From positions 8,742,001-8,806,000 of the forward strand of contig OZ116701.1 in the NCBI GenBank assembly GCA_964199315.1: a stretch of 64,000 bases of DNA, in the 5' to 3' direction. Below, one piece after another: positions 12,501-25,300 of the stretch; the stretch's first letter is position 1; every line of letters starts with the position of its first letter. The stretch is from Orbicella franksi. Taxonomy: Eukaryota. A program made the position numbers and the translations under genes. The notes under the pieces are model-generated. The model had not been told where the DNA came from. It ran no database searches and saw only the letters and a program-made list of their open reading frames with translations.

Positions 12501-14337
12501 ACCTTCAAAAAGCTGATCTAAAATTATGGCGCATGGTGCAACAGTAAGGGACTAAAAAATAGAAATAATGGTTTTCAGCAGTATATTTTTTATGCTATGT
12601 ACATTCTGATGGTTTTATGGTTCATCAAGCTCACTAAGCTGTTTCTTCATCACTTCATTCATAATTGCCACACTAGATTTTCTGTTCACACATTTCTTTA
12701 TGCGCTGTCTGTAACAGGCCCTTATAATCCAACGGGCGAGTAATTTACATGTTTAATGTCATAATGGGGTCATTTGCATTTGTAAGGTTGCTGTGCAGAA
12801 AAACTCTATTATATTGATACACTGTATATACAAACATGGAAAGCTCTATTCATTTTGAGCATTCAATTAACAGTTGCCCCGCTGGCTATTGTCGATACTA
12901 ACAAAGACTCTGTAACAGTGACGAAAAAAAATGGAAAATGAAACCCACGGTGTTGAGTTTGCACTATCAGTACAGGAAAGGATAATTACTAAGCAGGTGA
13001 GAGCAAAACCGTGCTAATATTGTGACGGTGAGCTTATTTCTATTGTAGATAAGTTTGCAAGTACATTATAAAAGAGACATTGCAAGGGATGGCTATCAAT
13101 CAAAGATGACACTTCTCACAAAGACCGTCCAGCTGAATTGATACACGTGCAATGATTCAAGTCACCTCAGTGCTTAGGCTGTATTGTATAACATTAAATC
13201 TGATATCTTTGTATTTGTATTCAGCAAAACGGACGGTGTGATCATTTATTTTACACTGCAACCTGTTTAAACTCCTTTCATTTTGAGGCCTTATCGTTTC
13301 GTCTGTTTAAAGGATCAAATAAAGCGCACTTGATGTAAAACGGATTTTCATTTTCGAGATTTCCAACGATCTTTAGGCCTAATTTCTATTGAACCAAACT
13401 TCCTAACATGAAATGAAATGAATGAAAAGCTTCATAAAGGGATAATTGTGTAACACACCACAGTTTTACCAGTTCGGATTCTTAACATGCATGAAAATTA
13501 AGCTTAAGATAGCAGACATTCTTAGGGAAAGAAAACTTGCTAAAACGATTTACGATCTGTTGTTGTCGTCTCTCCGAAAACCCTGATCTACTCTGGACAT
13601 TTATATTTCCCGTTTTGCGAATGTTTGAGGTTAAATTTCAATAAACAAACCCCTAAATTTTTTCCCACACTTAAAGTCGAATATCTGGGGTGATTTCGAA
13701 CAGATAAGCAGATATAAGACTTAATGCCTGCCACAAATGAATTTAGAACAGTGACGAATTCACAAGAATTTTCAAGATCAGTATAAATTAGAAATTAGAG
13801 AATTTTACGCACTACTGGTTTCAATTTTTTTCTTCGTCAAACGTTAACCCCATTAAAAGAAACTACATGAAAAGCTAGACATTAGAATCCGTACAGCTGA
13901 ACCGAAATTTGAGCTAAATGGAGTGGTTTGCCGATTTCGAATATCGAATATTCTGATAAGTAAATGAACAGCTTATAAAAAACCCCTCGGTCGGCGAATA
14001 GGTTGGGTTTAACCGTTGAAATGCACGTCACAGCATTTAATTTTTTAGCGGAGTTTCAGGTATCAACAGAACTAAAGAGTTTGGTTCAAAACTCAAATTT
14101 CAGCGTAATTGTAGAGTATCAGTACCAACCTTGTGCCACGCGTAGACCAAAGATTCCATCCAAGTTTATACTCTTGAAGTCTCGCTTGAAAAAGTTAAGA
14201 ACTCTGTTCATAGAGGATACAACTTCTTGCGTCAAATCATCATCGTTTCTTTGATTATCAGGAAGCGCTGATCCCAAATTCAAAACAAGTAAAAACGTTA
14301 ATAAACTCGAACACAATTTTACGCGAAAGGCCACCAT
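6523..14337 (-). CDS. C16orf89: UPF0764 / C16orf89-like protein, 5 exons, 534 aa, with a signal peptide and a C-terminal hydrophobic segment
   Basis: Exons 14130-14337, 10015-10467, 8631-9093, 8037-8092 (56 nt) and 6523-6947 total 1605 nt, with all phases consistent. Family-type motifs: MVAFRVKLCSSLLTFLLVLNLGSA signal, INLDGIFGLRVAQG, GYALTHQALFF, DLYMEQAMVCG, KILSWQRNDGCFG, DGCMSHVTGVA. Confidence 0.85.
9151..9330 (+). mobile_element. Degenerate tRNA-derived SINE (same family as 10628-10899)
   Basis: tgtccttgggtaagacactct and ctagcatc...ggagtaagaatactcct match the reverse complement of blocks in the 10.6-kb copy. Confidence 0.5.
9620..9810 (+). mobile_element. tRNA-derived SINE
   Basis: A-box-like tggccaagtgg and B-box ggttcaaatcc are followed by a non-tRNA body ending agccaactggtcagcctcccaccagttgggattcttaa. 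It lies in intron 2 of the C16orf89-like gene. Confidence 0.7.
10628..10899 (-). mobile_element. tRNA-derived SINE
   Basis: The minus strand starts ggtggcacggtagcctcatggtcagtgcac...gggtttgagtcctggc (tRNA-like head with A/B boxes). It continues cctgggcaagacactttactctcacagtg and ctagcatcccatccagaggggagtagaag. Confidence 0.7.
11062..11764. mobile_element. Tc1/mariner-type MITE family (one composite element or two adjacent short copies)
   Basis: TA|CAGTAATAGCTCACGTATAAGAACCTG at 11060 and the inverted CAGGTTCTTATACATGGGCTATTACTG|TA ending at 11766 (2 mismatches). Internal TAAGAACC repeats; a related fragment lies at ~5995-6050. Confidence 0.6.
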
Positions 14338-15217
14338 TTTCCGCGTTCTAGTCGCGGATGCTGTTACTCTTATCAAATCCGCTCTGTATTTGTTACGTAC
14401 AAAAGAGTTAAGTACAAAAGAGTGACTTTCTGCCAATATTTGTACGTCGCCGCAGTCATCAGAAGTTAATGTATTAAAATAAGTTCGTTCCCCATGGTGA
14501 TTTCAAAGCAGCTGCAGCAGAACGCTGCTTCGTTTTCATCCGGAGTAACTAAACCAGTTCCCAGTCTCGCCGCGCACTTGGCCAGGGCGTCCCGTGGGGA
14601 GCCTCCCAGGTCATATTTCCATGAGAACCGTGCAAACGTATTAGGGAAAAGAGTGATAATACATTTTTTTAAAACGTGATTTTTATATAACGAACAAAAT
14701 ATATACATTTTTCAGACCAATTCTGCATATTCTTATATCTTTTGCCGACCTCAGGCTGAAGCACGCACACTACTCACCAGGGTAGCCTGGGTAGCTAGCG
14801 TTCCGGCGAGTTCGCCCCACCACCTTCTCCTCCGTCAATTTTGCTCTAGTTTTTGCTGCGCGGTCGAGAATTTTGATTGGTGCCCTGAACGGGTCGACGT
14901 TTCCGATGAGTACAGACTGATTTCAAGACATTGCACAAAGGAAAACCAAAGGGGAATTGATCAGCAGAGTTTTAGAACGACAATTACAAAAAAATACTAA
15001 GAGGTACCAAAACCGCCTCTTTTTACCCCTAAAAGGTACGACCGGCATCCCCGGGCATAGCCAGAACAACAATGGACTCATTAGCAGCCAATAGGTTTCT
15101 CTCCTTAGTTTGTTTCATGTATGAACGACATCTTCAACTTGCCCTGAATAGCATGCGATAATTCCGCGCTTTCTGCGTGATTCTTAGACCGTAGCTAGAA
15201 ACAATTTTAGTATATTA

Positions 15218-15436
15218 CTGTAGTCTGCGAGCAGTCACTTTCTTTTCCTAGCGTCTTCCTTACGTTTCTTAGAGCGATCAAGCCGCGAGAACGCGGGCGC
15301 GGGGGAAAAAGGAAAAAGAAGGCTTTTTCCCTGCCTATCCCCATTCCCTCCTCGTTTCTTTCCGTAATTTGCATAATATTAACTGAGTTCCGCGCGCGGA
15401 GGATTTCAGGAACAAAAACCGACTACTCGTAGTCTA
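15218..15436. mobile_element. Degenerate MITE-like element
   Basis: tagtctgcgagcagtc at the left end and gactactcgtagtcta at the right end form an imperfect inverted pair. Confidence 0.4.
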
Positions 15437-16119
15437 GCCCTCCTGGAGCGAGAGAGGAGAGGCTCGGGGCGGGAAGATGAGAGACCCTGGGAACGATGTT
15501 GCTATTTCTTGATTACTGGTGGCACATGATAATTTTCTTCGGGCTTTAATTTCACAAATGAGAAACAGAAACTGCAAGGGACCGCATACGATAAACGCTG
15601 CCAACGTAGGATGACACCAATCTTGACACTTTGTTTCATTGCGCCCCGAAACACGTGATGTGGCAACGCGTGTTTCGGGGCGCAAGGAGTTCAAGGTACG
15701 GAACTTGATATAGTGTACGGGTCATTTTGCAATTTATGTGCGTTGGCTGTTGGGCTGGCGTTACATATCTTCGCTACACAGTGCTGACGAGCCCCAAGAG
15801 GGGTGAAACAGCTGTCCACTGTTGCGATCCTGCTTTATCGGTTCTTGTCATGTTGGTGTCTCGAAACGTGTTTCATGTAGTATCAGCCTTGCAGTCTATT
15901 GTTTGTCTTCATTTAATTTCACAGCTGCTAAGGTTGTTGTGAATAGGACCGCGATGACCAACCATGTCTTCATATCTTTCTCCGCAGTTCAAATATAAAT
16001 TCACTTAGAAAAAGGTGCTTACACCAGGAATCGAACAACCAACCTCAACCCGCCATCTTTAGATCATCCAGCTGGGACCACGCGACACTTATAAATTATT
16101 CATAAAGAAAAACATCTCT

Positions 16120-16315
16120 TGATACGCTACGTTCGATATCTCAATATTCTAACATGGCTCCGAGGCTTTCAGGTCAAAATCGCAATTTTTTTTAGTTTCT
16201 TTTGTCTCCCAATTCCCAAAGGACCCTACTTTGCTAAAAGAAAACAACATCAAATATAAGCGTTTGTCCCGAAAGCCTCGGAGCCATGTTAGAATATTAT
16301 CGAACGTGGCCTATT
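16120..16315. mobile_element. MITE with long inverted repeats
   Basis: A perfect 28-bp inverted pair at 16143-16170 and 16271-16298 (aatattctaacatggctccgaggctttc), plus an outer pair acgttcgata/tatcgaacgt. Confidence 0.7.
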
Positions 16316-16439
16316 CATCACAGTTAGGTTAAAACCGCTGATTGATTGATGATACCGCGGTCGCACAGTGAGCTGAAGTGAGCGACTACGGATTCGCATT
16401 TGTTTTCTGCGGCAAAGCACCCGATATGCTCACGAAATA

Positions 16440-16620
16440 AGTAGGGGTTATTGAACAAGCTTGTTCGGTCAAGATGTCTAGATATTGGCCAAGTTCTTTT
16501 TTTTTTTTTTGCTTGTTTATGGACCGAGACGAGAGTCGAGGTCCATAAACTCGCAAAAAAGAACGAGGCCAATATCCAGCCATCTTGACGGAACAAGCCT
16601 GGTCAATAAAGGATTTGTTA
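16440..16620. mobile_element. Palindromic MITE-like repeat
   Basis: Arms ttattgaacaagcttgttcggtcaagatg..gatattggcc..tttatggacc and ggtccataaa..ggccaatatc..catcttgacggaacaagcctggtcaataa are centred near 16530. Confidence 0.6.
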
Positions 16621-17595
16621 TATGGCTTTTGCGGAAATTTTTCTTGCGGGACACGGCGGGTAGTCCCGAGCGGGCAAGATAGCTCCATCTTGCCCTCTAG
16701 GGTAGCCAATCACTGAGCAGGATTTGATTCATCTTGCCCACTCACGGAGCTAGCCATATAATAACTTGTTTTACTGGCCATGTTATCTATTCATGGATGT
16801 TTTGTATGCTGAATGGGTTTTTCTTTCTCACATTGTTTGCTTCTAAGACCTTACCGAATCTCCATTTTGGTCATTTGGGGGCCTGCTCTCGGGTGGGTAC
16901 CGTGCAATGAGGGAACGAAGGTGTTTAAAACAACTCAAGTCCTAAGGACAGAAACATCGACTCGATAGGGAAATTCTATAGGGTAGGAGACATAAAACAA
17001 CTGTGGGTTTGGTCTCATTTGATAGAAATCACGTTGATTATAGTTTACCTGTAAATTACTGTGAACATAACACATTCAGGTTTTGTTAGAACTCATTACA
17101 GTCATAACGATCAAAACATCTCAAGTGCTCCACCTAAATAAGCTTAAAGATTATTTGTAAATTAATGATTGTTGTAACATTTATGCTGTGTCACGCAACA
17201 TAAATTCCTTAACATCGTTTTGTCCACCCTTGAAATATGTATAACATGAAACATGACCATTTCAAATATCACGAGTTGGCTTAAAAAGCGTTTTTGAATT
17301 GAGTACTTGTGCGTAGTATTGGTTGCATATTTTCACTCGTCATTTACATCCAAGCATGGGCTCACCAAAGTATGTATACAGCACGACTCGTGAAAGCGTA
17401 TAGCAATACAGAAAGCTGCAACAAAAAAGGAAATGCTTCAGTCTTCTCACGTGTGCGATAAGAAATTGTCCAGCCGCTGTAGGCAATGGCCACGAGGAAA
17501 GTCTATTCTGATAGATTTCATTATTAGTCGAATACTCCTACACGCTAGATTAATCCTCGCAAATAATAAAGAGTAAGATAACTACGGTGGAATTT

Positions 17596-19382
17596 TTAGT
17601 GCAAAATAAGAGTAAAAAGCTTTTTCCAAAACCCTTTTTCCTCGTCATCAAGTCCCTCCTCTTCAGGTTCGTTCTCGTTAGGATCATCATATGCATTGTC
17701 ACCATCATCATTGTCGCCGTTGTTATCATCATTATCATCTTCTTCATCGTAATCTGCATCATCATCTTCATCGCCATCGTCATTGTCATCATCATCATTA
17801 TCATTATCCTCATCCTCCTCCGCTTCATCATCGTTATCATCATCATCGTCGCCATCTTCGTTATCTTCGTCATCATCCAATTTTGTCGTCATTTGCTGGT
17901 TGAAGCGTACGATGCACGTGGACAGCCGATTCAAATTAACACTGGAAACTCCTGCTTTATCGTTAGAACTCTTAATTAGTAAATGTTCTGGTCGGTAAGT
18001 TTCCCAAACTGCATACTCACTAAAACTGTCGCTGCCATGTACCAAGGGACCCACTGTGCGGCTTGCTTTATATGTACAGCTACGATACATGACCGGTGTC
18101 CAATCAGGTGACGAGGCGCCATCTGGATGTTCTCGTTCAGGTTCGAAGAGCTCGTGGCTTGTCCTTTCATTCCACTTTCCGGTTTTTCTGGGTTTCTCAC
18201 CAAATACAGTTTCCAGAATCCTGCTCATAATGAACTCTGCAACTTCAACATCTTCTCCTCCTTTATCAGCGCATGAACTAACATAGTGATCGTTAATGAT
18301 TGCGATAAACATATTTCCCAAAATTATCGTTGTGCTGGAGACAAACGTGAAAAAGAAGAGACGCCCCACAATGGGGTTTGCATCTTTGAGTTCGTCCAGC
18401 GGTATATTGCTCCCCAGAAACATAAGAAACTGGGAGAAAATGGCCTCTGGCAGCGACGAAAACATGTGCACACTCTGCCCAAAAGCCAATATTCCTAAAA
18501 GGGCGTGGCCAACAGCAACTACTGAAAATATCACGAAAAATGACGCAAGTGAAGAAAACGACCTGCGAATCGTAAACGAGAAAATGATTACTTGCGGATT
18601 GAAATAAAAGCACTTCAGAAGGCGTAAGGTGGCAATAACTGACGCTACACAAATCATGAGGTTTTCAGCATCAAACAGAAATAAAGCTTGGTGAAAGCTG
18701 ACAGGTACGAAAGGGTTTTCTTTGAGTTTTTCAAATGATTTTCCTGCCTCCTTTGATCGCATCCATTGCAGAGACAATGCCGACGATGCAGTCAATATTT
18801 GCAGCATATCTAACCAGTTCCACACTGATGTGAAATACAAACGCTTTTGACGACAAAGTTTAATGCACTCTAAGACAAAATAGCAAGCAAGCAGAAGTCC
18901 AAACAACAAGGCAAAGAGCAAGTAAGTGTTATGAGCTTGAGAATCCGTTGCACTGAGAGGTAAGATTCCGTACGACTTGAAAACGCCAGCAAATCCCGCC
19001 GAGAGGACCTCATAGTAATAAGTCATTACTGCAAGAAGGTTACTAGATGGGTTATACAATGAGAACTCCAACAACACAGCCCTGGTTTGACGATCAATCC
19101 AATCATTTTTTATCAAGTCGTCGATAACTCGTTTTGCTGTAAGCTTGTTGTATCCCAAATTAGCCAAGTAGCCACCGCCGCTGTAAACAGCGAAGCGACC
19201 CCAAGAATCAAAGCTGCCGAGTTGGCCATCCTCGTTGTACTCCCAGTCTTCTGGACACAAAAGTGTTGATGTATTTAGAATATTTTGATCAGCCCAAGTT
19301 CTTTTCTCCTCTTCTCTTATGGAGTAGAAATCGTAACAAGACGTGATCATACTTTTAAACAATTCATGAACCTCACAGGAAT
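17596..19382 (-). CDS. Intact terminal exon of copy A: polycystin TOP and cation-channel domain plus Asp-rich tail
   Basis: Open frame with YSGGGY, WIDRQTRAVLLEFSLYNP, WNWLD, LRLLKCFYFN and LGNMFIAIINDHY, typical of polycystin channel domains, followed by ~80 mostly D/E/N residues. Confidence 0.85.
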
Positions 19383-22300
19383 CTGGCGAAGCAAGACAAA
19401 TGAAAACAATGGTATCATGTTGTCCTTTTCGTGGTTTTACTTCTTGTGTATCGCGATAATAAATTAATCATCGCATGGAGCTTGGCCTTATGCCACCTTT
19501 TTTTTTCTAAAAAAGCAGTTCTCAGCATTTATAGACGGAGTTTCCTCACGCAAATAATCTCTTACAACTGAAACTTTCTAAAAAAAAAACTGCTTTCAAT
19601 CAATTAAATCTTTTAAAATTCCAAGACGTAAGCTTTGTAGACTGACATGTTACGATACTCTGTCTCCCGTCTAACTGTCTTCTAATATACTTTCTGATTT
19701 ACCGAACCGAACGAGATTTACCCTTTATTATATAGTTTTGCGTAAAAGAAACAAAGAAGAAGAAGTAGCTATAGGTAGCCGAAGTCACGGTGATAAAATT
19801 GACCTTTTAAGTTGCATGCAATATAACCAGCTTTCAAATTACTGGAAACGACCTCGACTAAATTTAACTTGGTTTTCTAAAATTTTGAAATTTTGAATAT
19901 ATAATACCTTCAAGTTGTGTTTGATGTTGTGTTTGTTGTCCCTCTTCAGTAGTTGTTTTTTTCTGTTCCAGGTCTACAATAGTTCCGGTGGCGCATGTAA
20001 TCGGTTTGACCAGATGGTCTTGTTTTCCTGGTCTAACCATGACAAAAAGCTACAAAACTATTCCATTCTATAGTCTACCAATGCCTCTCTATGACTTTCC
20101 TTGGAAAGGAATCACAAACGACATAAAGCTTACTTTTCATAACTCGAAGTTGTCTCAGACGAGGCATACCGATCAGGATTGAACGCTTGTTTCCAATGTA
20201 TTCTGACGCTCTCTCCTTTTGATCCTCGTAAGAATCAGCAGTAAAGATCGCTGGCACAAAAATGTTCTTCAGCCATCCCCAAAACTGAGTCACGTTGGTG
20301 ATCTAGCAAAATATCCGAAATTATGAATTAGAAAATAAGAAAAGGCTCCGACAAAAAAAAGTACACACACAAACAACTAGGGTGTAAAACAGCGAGGGAT
20401 TGTCTGCGAGTATGGAATATGGTGACTTCCCAAGACCGGTTTTTGTCGATCGGTTCAAGAGTCAGTGGGTTAGGATCTGTTATGTCTGCATGCGCAATGG
20501 TTAACTGAAGAGCCGTTATTCCTTCGCCATCTTTTCCACGGTCTAATTAATGAAGTTCGACGTCGGTTTGAATGTCTGTTTTCGGTAAACAACTAGGGTG
20601 TTAAACAGCAAGGGCTTGTCTGCGACAATCCAGGTTCTCAGGTGAAATAAGAATTACAAAACAACACTCATCGGTGGCGAGTCCAAATTCTATTACGAAC
20701 GAAACCTTCCGTTGCTTTAGGTCACTAATGTCAATTACTGTTGGGTATCAAACTTTTAGACCTTTCTTTTCTTGGTTTAATGCATATCACTGAAGACCCT
20801 ATTTAGTTCCCTCATCTGCTGAAAAAATAACACATACAGTTAGCGCTGAAAGAGCTGAGGAAGTGCGAGCTTACCTGATACTGTCCCTTATCATCAAAAT
20901 ACTGGAAGTCGCTTTCTGTTGCTTCCTTTAGATTGTATCTCTGTTTGTTTTTATCACCATAACAGACAATCAAAAGAAGCACGAAAAACAACAGTGAAAA
21001 CGTAAGTTCTCTCCCGTATGCGTACATTTTCCTTTCGTTGATTTTATACTTTCTAGCACGTTCGACGTCCACTGATATTGTATCGTGGAATGGTCACGGA
21101 ATCTGCTCCTCGACTGACTTAGACTCCCTAGTTGTCTTCTTCTTACAGCCACAACGTTTAGCTATAATGACAGAGACCAAAATTATCTTAATGGGCTGAG
21201 ATATGATTACGTCTCCACTTAATGAAAGCATTACAGATGCTAACCAACGAGCCGACTTCTGTCCTCCCCACATCAGAGAATACAATACAGTAAACACGGC
21301 TGACGTGACAGCTGTACAGATACACAGGAACCAAGCGAAGTAGACACAAAAATGAGGTAGTACACATGGTTCTTTTGTCCTGGTTGTGGTCAGATGGTAC
21401 CGCCTTCCTTGGCTGTCTATTTTAGGCTCACATTTTCGAAATAAGAATACGATTAGAAGACTTGCGGGAAAAACGATAATTGCACTTTCCAGTGCCATAA
21501 TAAGTTGACTCGAAGTGAAGGAGAAAGGTCCGATCTTAATGGCCGATTTGCACACTAATCATCGTACCTAGCGGCTTTTCCAGCTGGACAAGAAAATTGT
21601 CAGTGTTTCCTCGGGCGAACAACTTCCCGTCATGTGGTTGGTCGCATGTCAATTTGATAACACTGCTGGTATTCTCAGTACCATGAAGGATCATGGATAC
21701 ATTAGCAGTAGTGCCCGAGTTCTTCCATCCTCCTGTTGTTATGGATACTTCGTACTTGTATTCACCACTTTGATTCTCTGCCAGAGGAATCAGGGGACTG
21801 TCCTAGAATTAAAAGATTTAGTTACGTAAAAGAGTCTTAAGTTCACATAAGCTTAACAGATCGGTGCGTTCAACGTGCATGATTAGTAATTCTACTCCCC
21901 CCGAATGGGATGTTAGTCTAACGCACCCAAACCCAGCATTTTGTTAACTCACCGTTTAGAGAGAGACGGCAGTAAGATCAAATTGTGTGCTTTAGGACAT
22001 AAAACAAAGGCCTCAGTCATGGATTGAAAACCGATGTAGTAAGCAAGAGTATCATTTCTGATGTAAATCATGAAATAACAGAATATGATGTGCACGCAAT
22101 AATTTTACTGGCGGTTTCGTTTGGTTCTATTTTATGGACTTCGTCTTCAACATGGAAAAAAAATAAAATTGAATTGACCAATACTTTCTCAATACGAACC
22201 TCGTTCAATGACATCTTTTTGTAGCTTCGAGTGTTACTTTGTTGTATTTCGGTACCTAAAAGGATTTTACTTTCGTCATGTAATGTAAGTTTCTCAATAA

Positions 22301-25300
22301 CCTCCTATGACCGTTAACGTTGTGAGGTGCTCTGCCAACATGACATGTCATACAAACCTTTAAAACATCTAGATTGTCCGCTCTCCGTGCAATTACCAAC
22401 ACAGCAAAATAAACAAGGAAGGCAGAACACACTGTGATAAGGACCAGCAGATCTCCTGGATCCAGATTGTCAAACGTTTGCTGGACAAGCGCAAAGTGAA
22501 TGGTGTTTGGTGCAATAAGAACTTCTCCTCCAAATGCGGTCAAGTGATTGCAAAGACAGGTCAGTGAAGAGGTGTTTGATTCTTGTCCCACCTGCAGTTA
22601 TAGAATAATTTATTCATCTTGACACTAGAGTACAAGACAGCGTATTTGCTTCAAGAAAGGGTTTATAACCAATAGCTGCAGTTGTAGCGGTTGCGGGCTC
22701 ATGATCACTTTGTCCATCGTAAAAGACAAAAGACTGGAATTACAACTCCAAATTGGCAACATGAATCAAATCGTTATTCTCCACTGCTTTTATCTAAAGA
22801 TACTGTAAATCTATCAATGATTTGTCTGGGAAGCCAACAGTCGTGATTCAGCGCTCCAAAAATGACTCTTTATTCAGCAGGAAAATGACCGTTGGGTTAC
22901 TACATAAATTCACTAAACGATAGAATTATAAGAAAGAACCAACCCAATAAATCCTAATTTATATCAGATGCGTATCTAGCAATATCAAGCCGTTGTGGAC
23001 CGTTTTTCCTTCGCTATACTCTCATTTTTCAAATTCTATATTGTTTATCGCTAGAAAAGATAATTAAATCTGATACCTTGCAACCTTCGTTTGTCCATCT
23101 CTCTTCAGTTTCAGACCAGTACACGCACCAAATACCATTTACCTGTAAACTGTAGTTAACCGAGTTGTCGGGATCGTATTGGGGTACAAGGATAGTAGAC
23201 TCTACTGGAGGGGCGAGTGTAGGAGGAGGATCTTTAAACTTAACACATTTCTCTTTCGATGCTCTCGCTGACAGTAAAGACCGCTTGCCTCTAAAATGGA
23301 CTGTTCGGTTCTCTTCTCGTCCTAAGAGACCAATGTAATATTTTCCTGATGCGTTGCAACTTATCAAGTTATCGTACGAACATTTCTCTGACAATTTACA
23401 ATCTGAAGCCAAGGTCTGAAATCCATTTTCTTCGGTTATATGAATAACCTCGTCATATGAAGTATGAGTTGGGTGTTTACCAAATTTTATAAAGGCAGTG
23501 ATAGTGGCTGTTTTTTTCATAGTCATGGACAATTTTAAGGTGGTATTGGCCTCATGAACGGTAATGACGTGACATTGTATAGTTCCAGGATTGAGGAAGT
23601 CATCTGTTTGACTTTGGCTTGCAGTGCTGCCCTGGTCGTGTTCTGATGTTGGAATATTGATTTGTACTTCTGACGGTAGATCTGTCACATCCAAAGCTTC
23701 GCCACTCTCATCTTTAAGAACAAGGCTGACAACGTTTGATTTGACCTTACTGCTACTATGGTGTGTTGAGTAAGGGTTAAAATTATAGTTGATCATCTAA
23801 AACGAAACAAAAATAAGGATATATTGAATAAATGAACGTCATTCAACCGACTAATTAGACTAAATGCTAACTGGACCAATGCAATGCAACGATAAAGGGA
23901 CCTAATGTTAATGAGACCAAACGTTCTCTGGACCAATTGTTTTGTTGGCCAAACGATAACTGGACCAAATGGTTTCTTGTAGCATCAAAAAGTCTGCCCG
24001 AAACGTTGACATGTTAACAACTGGTCCGACCGTTTTTAAAGATTAACTACCATTTTGCATTTTGATGGTCCAAATAGTCATGAGCTGAACCTTTAAAATA
24101 TTAAACAGCTTTAATGGTGGTAATGCAAAGATAGATGTTCGAAGGAGAATAAACATGATCTCTAACTAGCCATGATTGAGAACTAAACTACACAAACTGA
24201 ATTAAGCATTATTGGAAATTCTTCTTTAATTACTACCATTTCATAGTCCAGAGTTTGACCTACATACCTCTACTCCTACGTCAGATGCATTCCCGGATAT
24301 CTTTTTTAGATCTTTGTCGTCCAGAGAAGGAAGTTTAAAGCTTGCTTTTCCTTCCTGGATTGTTAGCTGGTTGAGATCGTGCGATTTTTGTTTGCCCAGA
24401 ATAGTGGATTGATGCTGATTTTTTCATCACGATATATTCTTCTCCGGGTAGCTTTAGCGAGAGCAGTATGTTGGTAATCTTCTCTGTCAGATTCTGGCAA
24501 AGACCAAGAATTCTCTTTCCTATGGTTACCTGAAAGTAATTGCAGTTTGGGGAGCTTAAAAATGTTATACAGATTAATAAATGTGCCATACTCTAATTTA
24601 CTTTTTGACACAATCAAAACACCTGCTATAGCTAACGCACACATCTTCACGTGTATCAGTTTGTTGATTTAATTTGTTAGTAAATTACTAAAGGAGGTCA
24701 CGTTTCATTACGAGGCATGCGCAATATGGGCTTCTCGAGCAGAGGCTTGATCATGTCCAAATTCAATTTGAAATTCATGATCACGTACCTCATTTTCCTG
24801 GTCGTAGCTGGTAGAATTGATAGCCTTAAGGATTCTACGAGAGGTATATTCCATGATATTTGTATTGCAATGCATTAACGATCTGCCTCCATTATTAGTA
24901 AGGCGGATCTCCCCTGAACGGCGGTCAGTCAGTAGAGAAAGCAAAGAGGACATTTCCAGAAGTTTGTCTAACAAAGCAAACTGAAAAGAGAACAAATTAA
25001 AACTGGTTAAGTATATTCACCGGCAATGCTAAAAGCTTGACCAAGAATGAAAACCAGAGCATCATGTGTGGGGTTGTTATACTTGTTCTGTACGTTTACG
25101 TCATGTGTTGTTCATTAAATTCTGGCTCTCTTGATTAATTAAGTAACTGGGTCTTTTCCGTTTCCAATAAACTGGATTTTTCTTGTGTTCCTAGTTACCG
25201 TATAATCATAACTATCCTAACTATGATCTACAAAATATATTCTGCATACCGTTGTATTGTGGAAGACATTGCGTGCATCCTCCGTGGCTTTGCCTAAAAT

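Noticed and set aside
17550-17998. Poly-Met/Ile/His/Ser ORFs in alternative frames (also 42231-42664)
   Set aside because: Shadow frames of the Asp-codon repeat in the polycystin last exon.
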